NCBI GenBank assembly: GCA_963767505.1
Contig: CAVYDV010000008.1
Coordinates: forward strand, 358,937-422,936
Direction of reading: 5' to 3'
DNA length: 64,000 bases
Origin: an uncultured Thermoleophilia bacterium
GTDB lineage: Bacteria > Actinomycetota > Thermoleophilia > UBA2241
The notes beneath the pieces are model-generated. The model saw only the letters and a list, made by a program, of their open reading frames with translations. It did not search any database and was not told where the DNA came from. This document shows positions 56,404 through 64,000 of this stretch, one piece after another; the stretch's first letter is position 1, and each line of letters opens with the position of its first letter. Both the position numbers and the translations under genes were made by a program.

Positions 56404-56982
56404 GTGCCTCGACCAGGGCAGAGCTCGACCACGGACCTTCCGTCAGCACTCGCCCTCGTGGGATTCATGGGAGTCGGCAAGAGCACCATCGGAAGGCTCG
56501 CAGCGGCCAAGCTCCACTGCCCCTTCGTCGATAGCGATGTGCTCGTCGAGCAACGCCACGGCGACATCTCCGAGATCTTCGCCGCCCGCGGCGAGCAGGT
56601 GTTTCGCCAGTTCGAACGTGACGAGGTGTGCGCGGCGCTCACGGCGGCGCTCGAGCGCCCCTCCGTGGTCGCCCTGGGCGGAGGGGCCGTGCTGAGCCCC
56701 GAGGTTCGCGAGACGCTCGGGCGCCTGCGGCATGTCGTCTGGCTCACGGCTCCGGCGGACGTTCTCTGGGCGCGCGTCAAGAGGTCGGCCGGTCACAGAC
56801 CTCTGGCCTCGGACAAGGACCGGTTCCGCCGCCTCCTGGAAGAGCGATCTGCTCTCTACGCCACCGTCGCGACCGACGCAGTGGTCAACGACGGTCGCCG
56901 CCCGCAATCGGATGTGGCCGACGAGGTGGCGCGGATCGCGTCGGCGGCCACGGGCGCGTACACGGGAGAGCGTGGGGCATGA
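56404..56982 (+). CDS. aroK: Shikimate kinase
   Basis: Walker A GFMGVGKSTIG, DSD, and the ..GGGAV.. lid. Confidence 0.85.
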   Translation: MPRPGQSSTTDLPSALALVGFMGVGKSTIGRLAAAKLHCPFVDSDVLVEQRHGDISEIFAARGEQVFRQFERDEVCAALTAALERPSVVALGGGAVLSPEVRETLGRLRHVVWLTAPADVLWARVKRSAGHRPLASDKDRFRRLLEERSALYATVATDAVVNDGRRPQSDVADEVARIASAATGAYTGERGA

Positions 56983-57010
56983 GCGGGCGACTCGACGGAG
57001 CCGGCGAGCC

Positions 57011-58105
57011 ATGAAGAGACTCTCCGCAGTCACGTCCTCCCGCGACTACGATGTGCTCGTCGGCAGGGGCTGCCTGCCGTCGCTCGGCGGGGCGCTCGCT
57101 TCGCGCGTTCCCGGAGGCCAGATCGTGCTGTGCTGCGACGAGAACGTGGCGCCTCTCTACCTCGGCACCGTCGGCGAGAGCCTGAGGGCAGCAGGCTATC
57201 CGGTCTCCCAGATCGTCATCCCGGCCGGGGAGGCCCAGAAGAGCCTGGCCCGCGCCGAAGAGCTCTACGGTGTGCTGTACGACCGCGGACTGCGGCGCAG
57301 CGACACACTCGTGGCGCTCGGAGGCGGCGTCATCGGCGACCTGATCGGCTTCGTCGCGGCCACCTACCAACGCGGGATACGGCTTCGTCCAAACGCCCAC
57401 CACGCTGCTCGCGCAGGTCGACGCGGCGATCGGCGGCAAGGTGGCAGTGGACTTCCGCGCCGGGAAGAACTACGTCGGCTGCTTCTACCAGCCCTCCCTG
57501 GTGTTCGTCGACGTCGACACGCTGGTCTCCCTGCCGGGCCAGGAGCTGCGCAGCGGATCCGCGGAGGTAGCCAAGTACGCTCTGGCGGACGGCGGCGAGC
57601 TGCTCGAGAGCTGCGAGGGTCTGGCCGCTCGCAAGGGCCTCTCCTGCCGAGCAGATCAGCGAGGCGCTGGTCGCCTCGTGCATCCAGCGCAAAGCTCGAC
57701 GTGGTGGCTGCCGACGAGCGTGAGGAGTCCGGTGCGCGCGCCGTCCTCAACCTCGGCCACACCATCGGCCACGCGATCGAGGGGGCCACTGCGTTCTCGC
57801 GCTTCTCGCACGGCGAGGCTGTGGGGCTCGGCCTGCGCGCCGCGCTCTGGCTGTCCGAGAAGCTCTGCGGCCTGCCCGCTGCCGATGCCGCCCGGGGACA
57901 GGCGCTGCTCGACGGACTGGGCCTGCCGCAGCGCGTGACCGACGTGCCGGTCGACTTGATCTGCGACCTCACGCGACGCGACAAGAAGGCCGGCAAGGAC
58001 GGCGTCGGCTACGTGCTGCTGGAGCAGCTGGGCAGCCCGGTGATCGGCGTGCCCGTCTCCGCCGCGATAGAACGGGAAGCGGTCGAGTGGCTGACACGCC
58101 GTTGA
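57011..58105 (+). CDS. aroB: 3-dehydroquinate synthase; 3 frame breaks
   Basis: ..LVALGGGVIGDLIGFVAATYQRGI | FVQTPTTLLAQVDAAIGGKVAVD.. | ..EQISEALVASCIQRKA | VVAADEREESGARAVLNLGHTIGHAIE..HGEAV. Breaks at ~57380, ~57640 and ~57695. Confidence 0.85.
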   Translation: MKRLSAVTSSRDYDVLVGRGCLPSLGGALASRVPGGQIVLCCDENVAPLYLGTVGESLRAAGYPVSQIVIPAGEAQKSLARAEELYGVLYDRGLRRSDTLVALGGGVIGDLIGFVAATYQRGIRLRPNAHHAARAGRRGDRRQGGSGLPRREELRRLLLPALPGVRRRRHAGLPAGPGAAQRIRGGSQVRSGGRRRAARELRGSGRSQGPLLPSRSARRWSPRASSAKLDVVAADEREESGARAVLNLGHTIGHAIEGATAFSRFSHGEAVGLGLRAALWLSEKLCGLPAADAARGQALLDGLGLPQRVTDVPVDLICDLTRRDKKAGKDGVGYVLLEQLGSPVIGVPVSAAIEREAVEWLTRR

Positions 58106-58554
58106 AGACGCTCTGGCTGCTGCACGGGGTCAACCTCGACATGCTCGGCCGACGCGATCCGGAGCACTACGGGACTCTCACACTGGAACGACTCGAGGAC
58201 ATGGTCGCCGAGCGCGCGGCGAGCAGAGGTTTCTCGTTGCGCTGTTTCCAGACCAATCACGAGGGCGAGTTCGTGGAGAAGCTCCACCAGATCGCCCGCG
58301 AGGGGGCCGGTGGGGTGCTCATCAACCCCGGCGCCTGGACGCACTACAGCTACGCCATCCGCGACGCCCTCGAACTGGTTGAGGCCCCCGTCGCTGAGAT
58401 CCATCTGTCAGCTGTCGACGAGCGTGAGGAGTGGCGTCGTCTCTCGGTCATCGCCGACCTCGCCACCGTGCGCATCAGCGGGAAGGGAGCCGAAGGGTAC
58501 ATGGATGCCGTGGAGGCGCTCGCCGACGCTGTCCAGCGAGCGCTGACGCCATGA
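58087..58554 (+). CDS. aroQ: Type II 3-dehydroquinate dehydratase
   Basis: LLHGVNLDMLGRRDPEHYG, FQTNHEGE, INPGAWTHYSYAIRDA. Intact. Confidence 0.9.
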   Translation: MADTPLKTLWLLHGVNLDMLGRRDPEHYGTLTLERLEDMVAERAASRGFSLRCFQTNHEGEFVEKLHQIAREGAGGVLINPGAWTHYSYAIRDALELVEAPVAEIHLSAVDEREEWRRLSVIADLATVRISGKGAEGYMDAVEALADAVQRALTP

Positions 58555-59677
58555 GCCGACGCGCTCCGGCAAAGACGACAGGGCCCACCGAAGCTGGCGC
58601 TGGCCGATCGTCTGCGCCGTTGCCGTGACCTCATCGCCGAGGCCGGACTCGACGCCCTGATGGTCAGCGACAGCCACGACGTAAGGTACCTCTCGGGGTT
58701 TCGAGGGGAGGACGCGACCCTCGTCGTGATGTCGGGATGTGGCGCTCATCTGCACCGATTCCCGCTACTGGCCGCAGGTCCGCGAGGAAGTCGCCGGCTT
58801 CGAGCTTGTCAAGACCCACGGGGACCTGATCTCCGAGACGGCCGCTGCCACAGCCGCGCATCTCGGGCCGGCCGCGGCTCTCGGCTTTCAGGGGACGCAT
58901 CTCAGCTACGCGGGGTACCGCCGGCTGAGACGGCGCCACGACGGTCGCCTGCGCGACCTGCGCCGCCGCGTGAGCCGCCTGCGCGCGGTCAAGGACGCAT
59001 ACGAGATCGAGCAGATGCGGCGTGCCGCGGCGATCACCGACGAGGCTCTTCGGGCGGTCACGCTCCAGGGGCTCGCGGGCCGCACCGAGGCTGAGGTCGC
59101 CTGGGCGCTGCAGAGCGCCTTCCGCCGGCTGGGTGCTGAGGGCGAGGCCTTTCCTGCGATCGTCGCCGCGGGTGACCACGCAGCCCACGGCCACGCACTC
59201 CCGGGCAACCGGGTCATCGCTGCCGGGGAGCTCGTCGTCATCGACACCGGCGCGAGAGTCAACGGCTACTGCAGCGACATCACGCGTACGTTCGCAGCCG
59301 GCGAGCCGGCGTCGGAGCTGCGCGAGATGTACGCCTTGGTCCTCGACGCCCAGATGGCCGGACTCGCGGCCGTGCGCAGCGGCGCCCACGGCCGCGACGA
59401 CGTCGACGCCGCCTGCCGCCGCGTCATCGCATCTGGCGGCCACGCCGACGACTTCGGCCACGGCACCGGCCACGGCGTAGGCCTCGAGATCCACGAGGCA
59501 CCGGACCTGGGCAGCACAAGGGGGGACGTACTGAGCACGGGCATGGTCTGCACCGTCGAACCCGGCATCTACGTCGAGGGTGTCGCCGGCGTGCGCATCG
59601 AGGACACGGTGCTCGTCACAGAGGACGGCTGCGAGCGTCTCACGACCCATGCCAAGGATCTGCAAGTCCTCGACTGA
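58551..59677 (+). CDS. pepP: Xaa-Pro aminopeptidase/dipeptidase (M24B); 2 frame breaks
   Basis: ATGA overlap with aroQ. ..GLDALMVSDSHDVRYLSGF.., metal ligands ..VIDTGARVNGYCSDITRT.., HGTGHGVGLEIHE, ..VEPGIY..GVRIED. Breaks at ~58575 and ~58735. Confidence 0.85.
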
Positions 59678-59763
59678 GCCGCTACACCCCGGCGCGACCT
59701 TGCTGTATCATGGCCTACTAGCGTTCTGGTCCGTTCACACCTTCGCATTCACATAGGATCCGC

Positions 59764-60331
59764 ATGGCAGAAGTAGTCTCCACGAACCAGTTCAAGAGCG
59801 GCATGGCGATCGAGATCGACGGTCAGCCGTTCACGATCGTCGAGTTCCAGCACGTCAAACCTGGCAAGGGTGGCGCGTTCGTGCGCACCAAAGTGCGCAA
59901 CATCGCCAACGGCGCGGTCCTCGACAAGACCTACCGCGCCGGCGAGAAGTTCGTGCGCATGCACACCCGGTCGCGCAAGATGGCCTACCTCTACTCGACC
60001 GAGGACGAAGTGGTCCTCATGGACAATGAGACGTACGAGCAGGTCTCCGTGAGCCGCCCCATGGCGAAGGACGCGCTCGAGTGGGTCGTGGAGAACATGG
60101 AGGTCGAGCTCCTGTTGCATCAACGACGCCCCGTTCGAGGTGGCGGCGCCGAACTTCGTCGAGCTGACGATCACTCAGTCGGATCCCGGCGTGCGCGGCG
60201 ACACAGCTCAGGGGGCCACGAAGCCGGCCGTCCTCGAGACAGGCGCCGTCGTGCAGGTGCCGCTGTTCGTCGAAGAGGGTCAGCGCGTCAAGGTCGACAC
60301 GCGCACCAGGGAGTATCTGAGCCGCGCCTGA
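59764..60331 (+). CDS. efp: Elongation factor P; one frame break (~60120)
   Basis: ..[37 protein letters not shown].. | ..[39 protein letters not shown]... Confidence 0.9.
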
Positions 60332-60357
60332 CGGCGCGCCGGGGACAGGAGGACGCG

Positions 60358-62193
60358 ATGCGCGCCCGTCAAGTACAGATCACCGATACGACGCTGCGCG
60401 ACGGCCACCAGTCGTTGTGGGCGACGCGCATGCGCACCAACGAGATGCTTCCCATCCTCGAGCAGATGGACGAGATCGGCTACCACTCGCTCGAGTGCTG
60501 GGGAGGCGCGACCTTCGACGCCTCGCTGCGCTTCCTCGACGAGGACCCGTGGGAGCGTCTGCGCCTGATCAAGAAGCACGTCGTGCGCACGCCCCTGCAG
60601 ATGCTGCTGCGCGGCCAGAACATCGTCGGCTACCGTCACTACGGCGACGATATCGTCCGCCGCTTCGTGCACAAGGCGGCCGAGAACGGGATGGACATCT
60701 TCCGAGTGTTCGACGCGCTCAACGACATCCGCAACTTCGAGACGGCCGCCGCGGCGATCAAGGAGACCGGGAAGCACTTCCAGGGCGCGGTGGTGTACAC
60801 GATCTCGCCGGTGCACTCGCTCGATCACTACCTCGAAGTCGCCCACAAGCTGGTCGACATGGGCGCCGATTCCATCTGCATCAAGGACATGGCGGCACTC
60901 CTCTCTCCATACTACGCCGAGCAGCTCATCGGGCGCCTCAAGGCCGAGATCAGCGTCCCCATCCAGCTCCACTGCCACTACATCGGTGGCCTCGCGCCGA
61001 TGACGTACCTGAAGGCCGTCGAAGCCGGCGTCGACGTGATCGACACGGCCACCGTGCCGCTCGCCTTCGGCAACTCCCAGCCGGCCACCGAGATGGTGGT
61101 GACGGCGCTGATCGGTACGCCGTATGACACCGAACTCGATCTCGACAAGCTCTTCACGATCGCCAAGTACTTCGAGGGGGTTCGCGTCGAGATCGGCCAC
61201 GAGCGCGGCGTCACCTCGCTCACCCACATGCAGGTGTACTCTCATCAGGTGCCCGGAGGCATGATCAGCAACCTCGAGAGCCAGCTCAAGGAACAGACCG
61301 CTCTCGACCGTATGCCCGAGGTGCTCGAGGAGATCCCGATCGTTCGCGCCGAGATCGGCTTCCCACCCCTGGTGACCCCGATGTCCCAGATCGTCGGGAC
61401 TCAGGCCGTCCTCAACGTGCTCTCCGGCCGTCGCTGGCACATCGTCCCGGACGAGATGAAGGCCTATATCCGCGGCATGTACGGCGCGGCGCCCGGTCCC
61501 ATCTCGGACGAGGTCGTCAAACGAGTGCTCGGCGACGAGAAGCCCATCACGGGCCGGCCGGCCGATCTCGTCGACGAGACGGTCGAGGGGTACCGGGAGG
61601 AGATAGGCGACCTGGCGCGGTCGGAGGAGGATGTCATCAGCTACGCGCTCTTCCCGCAGACGGCACGGACCTATCTGGAGCGGCACCAGGTCGGTGCCGA
61701 GGCCGACGTGTTCGGAATGCACGAACGCTACCTCGCCACGCAGATCGGCGCGGCGCTCGCCGACTCCTCGGCAGACCGTGTGCGCGAGATCCTGACGATG
61801 GTCGAGGACAGTGAGGTCGATGAGGTCGTGATCGAGGAAGGCGACCTCAAGGTCACGGTACGCAAAGCGGGGGCTGCACCCGTGGCGGCTCCGGTGGGGG
61901 CGGCTGCGGCGAGCACCGCCGCGGCGGAGGCCGCGGATGCGAGCGCCAACGGACACCACGTCGTCCGCTCCAAGTGGGTGGCGACCTTCTACAGAGCTCC
62001 CTCGCCTCAGTCGCCGACGTTCGTCGAGATCGGCGACCCCGTCGAGGCCGGTCAGACGCTCTGCATCCTCGAGATGATGAAGATGATGAACGAACTGACC
62101 GCCGACATCGACGGTGTCGTTCGCGACATCCTGGTGGAGAATGGACAGACCGTGGAGTACGGACAGCCCCTGTTCGCCATCGAGCCGACCTGA
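60358..62193 (+). CDS. Carboxyltransferase (oxaloacetate decarboxylase alpha / pyruvate carboxylase subunit B / 5S type) fused to an AccB-like biotin carboxyl carrier domain
   Basis: ITDTTLRDGHQSLWATRM (HMGL-like/PYC_OADA N-terminus). The C-terminal ~75 aa read VATFYRAPSPQSPTFVEIGDPVEAGQTLCILEMMKMMNEL..VENGQTVEYGQPLFAIE, with the biotinyl-Lys MKM motif. Intact 611 aa. Confidence 0.85.
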   Translation: MRARQVQITDTTLRDGHQSLWATRMRTNEMLPILEQMDEIGYHSLECWGGATFDASLRFLDEDPWERLRLIKKHVVRTPLQMLLRGQNIVGYRHYGDDIVRRFVHKAAENGMDIFRVFDALNDIRNFETAAAAIKETGKHFQGAVVYTISPVHSLDHYLEVAHKLVDMGADSICIKDMAALLSPYYAEQLIGRLKAEISVPIQLHCHYIGGLAPMTYLKAVEAGVDVIDTATVPLAFGNSQPATEMVVTALIGTPYDTELDLDKLFTIAKYFEGVRVEIGHERGVTSLTHMQVYSHQVPGGMISNLESQLKEQTALDRMPEVLEEIPIVRAEIGFPPLVTPMSQIVGTQAVLNVLSGRRWHIVPDEMKAYIRGMYGAAPGPISDEVVKRVLGDEKPITGRPADLVDETVEGYREEIGDLARSEEDVISYALFPQTARTYLERHQVGAEADVFGMHERYLATQIGAALADSSADRVREILTMVEDSEVDEVVIEEGDLKVTVRKAGAAPVAAPVGAAAASTAAAEAADASANGHHVVRSKWVATFYRAPSPQSPTFVEIGDPVEAGQTLCILEMMKMMNELTADIDGVVRDILVENGQTVEYGQPLFAIEPT

Positions 62194-62214
62194 TCTCGAG
62201 CCGGCGACGCCACA

Positions 62215-62639
62215 CTGAGCGCCACGAGACCCAGCAGGAAGCAGGCACGGCGAGATGCTGCTGTTCCTGCTCTATCAACGTGAGGTCACGTCGCTGTCGC
62301 ATGGAAGAGCTCGTCGATGGCCAACGACGACGTGAGGGCTACGCGCCTGACGATTTCACCATCGACGCCGTGGAGGGAGTCCTGGCGAAGCGGGAAGAGA
62401 TCGACGCACAGCTCGCCATGCTCTCCAGCGCGTGGCCGCTCAGCCGCATGGCTCCTCTCGAGCGCAGCATCCTCCGCCTCGCCCTGTGGGAGATGAAGAG
62501 CGGCGTCACCCCGGCGCCCGTTGCCATCGACGAGGCGGTCAGACTCGCCAAGCGCTACTCGACCGACGAGGCCGGCGCCTTCGTGAACGGCATCCTGGGG
62601 GCCGCGCAGCGCGAGCAGGAGGACGGCGGCGGTGACTGA
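62215..62639 (+). CDS. nusB: Transcription antitermination factor NusB; 2 frame breaks, start codon unresolved
   Basis: ..RKQARRDA | LLFLLYQREVTSLS | MEELVDG..IDAQL..WPLSRMAPLERSILRLALWEM..VAIDEAVRLAKRYSTDEAGAFVNGILG. Breaks at ~62255 and ~62298. Confidence 0.8.
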
Positions 62640-62844
62640 GGCAGCGTCCGGAGCGAGCGGGTCTCACGACATGGCGGACCCGACGGAGAGGGTCCACGCA
62701 CTGATGGGGCAGATCGAGGATCTCGAGGAGCGCCTCGCGGGCTCGGGCACCGGAGAGGTCGAGCTGACCCTGCTGGAGCAGGCCACCGAGCTGGTCGAGG
62801 AGGCCGGCCGGCTCCTGGAGCGGGTCGGGCACGCCTCGGGCTAG
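62632..62844 (+). CDS. xseB: Small helical protein in the xseB position (exodeoxyribonuclease VII small subunit-like)
   Basis: 70 aa with a helical hairpin pattern (..RVHALMGQIEDLEERLA....LTLLEQATELVEEAGRLLERV). It sits immediately upstream of ispA-dxs, as in the E. coli xseB-ispA-dxs and B. subtilis nusB..xseA-xseB-ispA-dxs operons. Confidence 0.5.
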   Translation: MTEAASGASGSHDMADPTERVHALMGQIEDLEERLAGSGTGEVELTLLEQATELVEEAGRLLERVGHASG

Positions 62845-62862
62845 GGGCACCTCTCCGCTGCC

Positions 62863-63744
62863 ATGCCCGAGGAGATCGACAGGGGAACGTATCCGACAGA
62901 CCTGCTCGCGATGGTCGAGGAGTACCTCCTCGCGGTCGAGTTCGGAGCCGACACTCGAGCCGCGCGCCTCGTCGAGGCGATGCGCTACTCGCTCCTCGCC
63001 GGCGGCAAGCGCATCCGCCCGGTCCTGACACTGGCTGCGGCGCGCAGTCTGGGCGCCGACCCGGCGAGAGCGCTCCCGACCGCGGCGGCGTTCGAGTTCA
63101 TCCACACGTACTCGTTGATCCACGACGACCTCCCGGCCATCGACGACGACACCCTGCGCCGCGGCCGCCCCACATGCCACGTGAGGTTCGGCGAGGACAT
63201 CGCCATCCTGGCCGGCGACGGACTGTTCGCCGAGGCCTTCCGCATCCTCCTGGACCGACAGGAGGGCACTCCGGTCACCGTCCTCGCGGTGGCGAGCGAG
63301 ATCGCCCGCGCGACGGGAGTGCAGGGCATGGTCGGCGGCCAGTACATGGATGTCACCGGCGCGGCACGCGACGACGTCGATCTGCGCCTCCTGCACGCCC
63401 TGAAGACCGGGAGGCTGATCGAGGCGGCCGTCGTGTGTGGGGCCCTCCTCGGGGGCGCCCCGGACGTCGCGCCGTACCGCGCCTTCGCGGCGGAGGTCGG
63501 TCTGCTGTTCCAGATCGTCGACGACATCCTCGATGAGGCGGGAGACGCCGGTGAGCTTGGCAAGAGCGTGGGGAAGGACCGCGCCCAGGACAAGATCACG
63601 TACGTCTCGCGCTTCGGTATGGACGGCGCGGAGCATCTTGCGAACGCCGTGTACGAGCGCTCCGGCCAGCGAATCGCCGCCCTCCCCGGCGATACCTCCG
63701 ATCTCGCGTCGGTAGCCGCCTACATCCGCCACCGGCGACGCTGA
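62863..63744 (+). CDS. ispA: Polyprenyl (farnesyl/geranylgeranyl) diphosphate synthase
   Basis: FARM LIHDDLPAIDDDTLRRGRP and SARM FQIVDDILD. Intact 293 aa. Confidence 0.9.
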   Translation: MPEEIDRGTYPTDLLAMVEEYLLAVEFGADTRAARLVEAMRYSLLAGGKRIRPVLTLAAARSLGADPARALPTAAAFEFIHTYSLIHDDLPAIDDDTLRRGRPTCHVRFGEDIAILAGDGLFAEAFRILLDRQEGTPVTVLAVASEIARATGVQGMVGGQYMDVTGAARDDVDLRLLHALKTGRLIEAAVVCGALLGGAPDVAPYRAFAAEVGLLFQIVDDILDEAGDAGELGKSVGKDRAQDKITYVSRFGMDGAEHLANAVYERSGQRIAALPGDTSDLASVAAYIRHRRR

Positions 63745-63779
63745 TCCAAGGCACGGGGCCCGCGCCCGAGTGAGCCGGA

Positions 63780-63788
63780 TGCTATACT
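63780..63788 (+). promoter_or_regulatory. Candidate extended -10 promoter TGCTATACT, 9 nt upstream of the dxs ATG (leaderless or near-leaderless mRNA)
   Basis: TG-C-TATACT at 63780-63788. No Shine-Dalgarno sequence between it and ATG 63798. Confidence 0.4.
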
Positions 63789-63797
63789 CCTGCGACG

Positions 63798-64000
63798 ATG
63801 CGCTACCTCTCCAGGATCTCCGACACGGCCGACCTCCGCCAGTTCTCGGAACGCGAATTGAGTCTGCTCTCAGGCGAGATTCGCGAGGCGATCCTCTCCT
63901 GCGTAAGCGAGGTCGGTGGCCACCTGGCTCCCAGTCTCGGAACCGTCGAACTCACGGTGGCGCTACACAGCATCTTGCGCAGTCCGCAGGACAAGATCAT
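63798..64000 (+). CDS. dxs: 1-deoxy-D-xylulose-5-phosphate synthase, N-terminal 67 aa (continues beyond window)
   Basis: MRYLSRISDTADLRQFSERELSLLSGEIREAILSCVSEVGGHLAPSLGTVELTVALHSILRSPQDKI matches the conserved Dxs N-terminus (GGHL..SLG..EL..ALH). Not in the ORF track because it has no stop. Confidence 0.85.
   Translation, partial: MRYLSRISDTADLRQFSERELSLLSGEIREAILSCVSEVGGHLAPSLGTVELTVALHSILRSPQDKI

Noticed and set aside
56732-57010. Upstream extension of the aroB ORF overlapping aroK
   Set aside because: It lies off-frame over conserved aroK sequence. ATG 57011 (MKRLSAVTSS..) gives the expected AroB N-terminus.

Overview
The window is 64 kb at roughly 67% GC. It is a chromosomal core region of a high-GC Gram-positive-type bacterium, and its housekeeping gene blocks follow Actinomycetota/Bacillota synteny. 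All of the roughly 65 genes I can support lie on the + strand. Gene order: uvrA (3' part)-uvrC-ogt-rapZ-yvcK-whiA; gap-pgk-tpiA-gpmI-secG; an Opp/Dpp-type peptide ABC operon; a parvulin lipoprotein; recJ-rel-MBL hydrolase-hisS-aspS; Rrf2(IscR-like)-cysteine desulfurase-iscU-mnmA; DUF948-YtxH-RsbW-like-SigB-like sigma; alaS-ruvX-mltG-aroE; a ~15.5 kb type IV pilus (T4P) cluster; then aroC-aroK-aroB-aroQ-pepP-efp-carboxyltransferase/BCCP-nusB-xseB-like-ispA-dxs (5' part). The T4P cluster reads pilB-pilT-pilC-sigma factor-[structured leader]-pilA-ABC transporter-pilD-four minor pilins-pilM-pilN-pilO-PilP-like. I saw no rRNA, tRNA, CRISPR array, IS/transposase or phage genes. Main hunt results all concern the T4P cluster. 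(1) The pilA leader contains what reads as a c-di-GMP-I (GEMM-I) riboswitch. (2) PilB carries a two-motif MshEN-type c-di-GMP binding signature. (3) A group-3 sigma factor gene sits between pilC and pilA, and two near-identical sigma-28-type promoter motifs (CTAAAG-N15-GCCGAMAR) lie upstream of pilA and pilM. (4) An ABC transporter is embedded in the cluster, as with Myxococcus pilGHI. (5) The whole cluster splits the shikimate operon between aroE and aroC. Major caveat: about 60-65 apparent 1-2 nt indels break the reading frames of many genes, including essential ones, and they are very unevenly distributed. This looks like sequence or assembly error, possibly combined with real decay in the opp operon. 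Coordinates of frame-broken genes are therefore whole-gene spans reconstructed across frames by eye.
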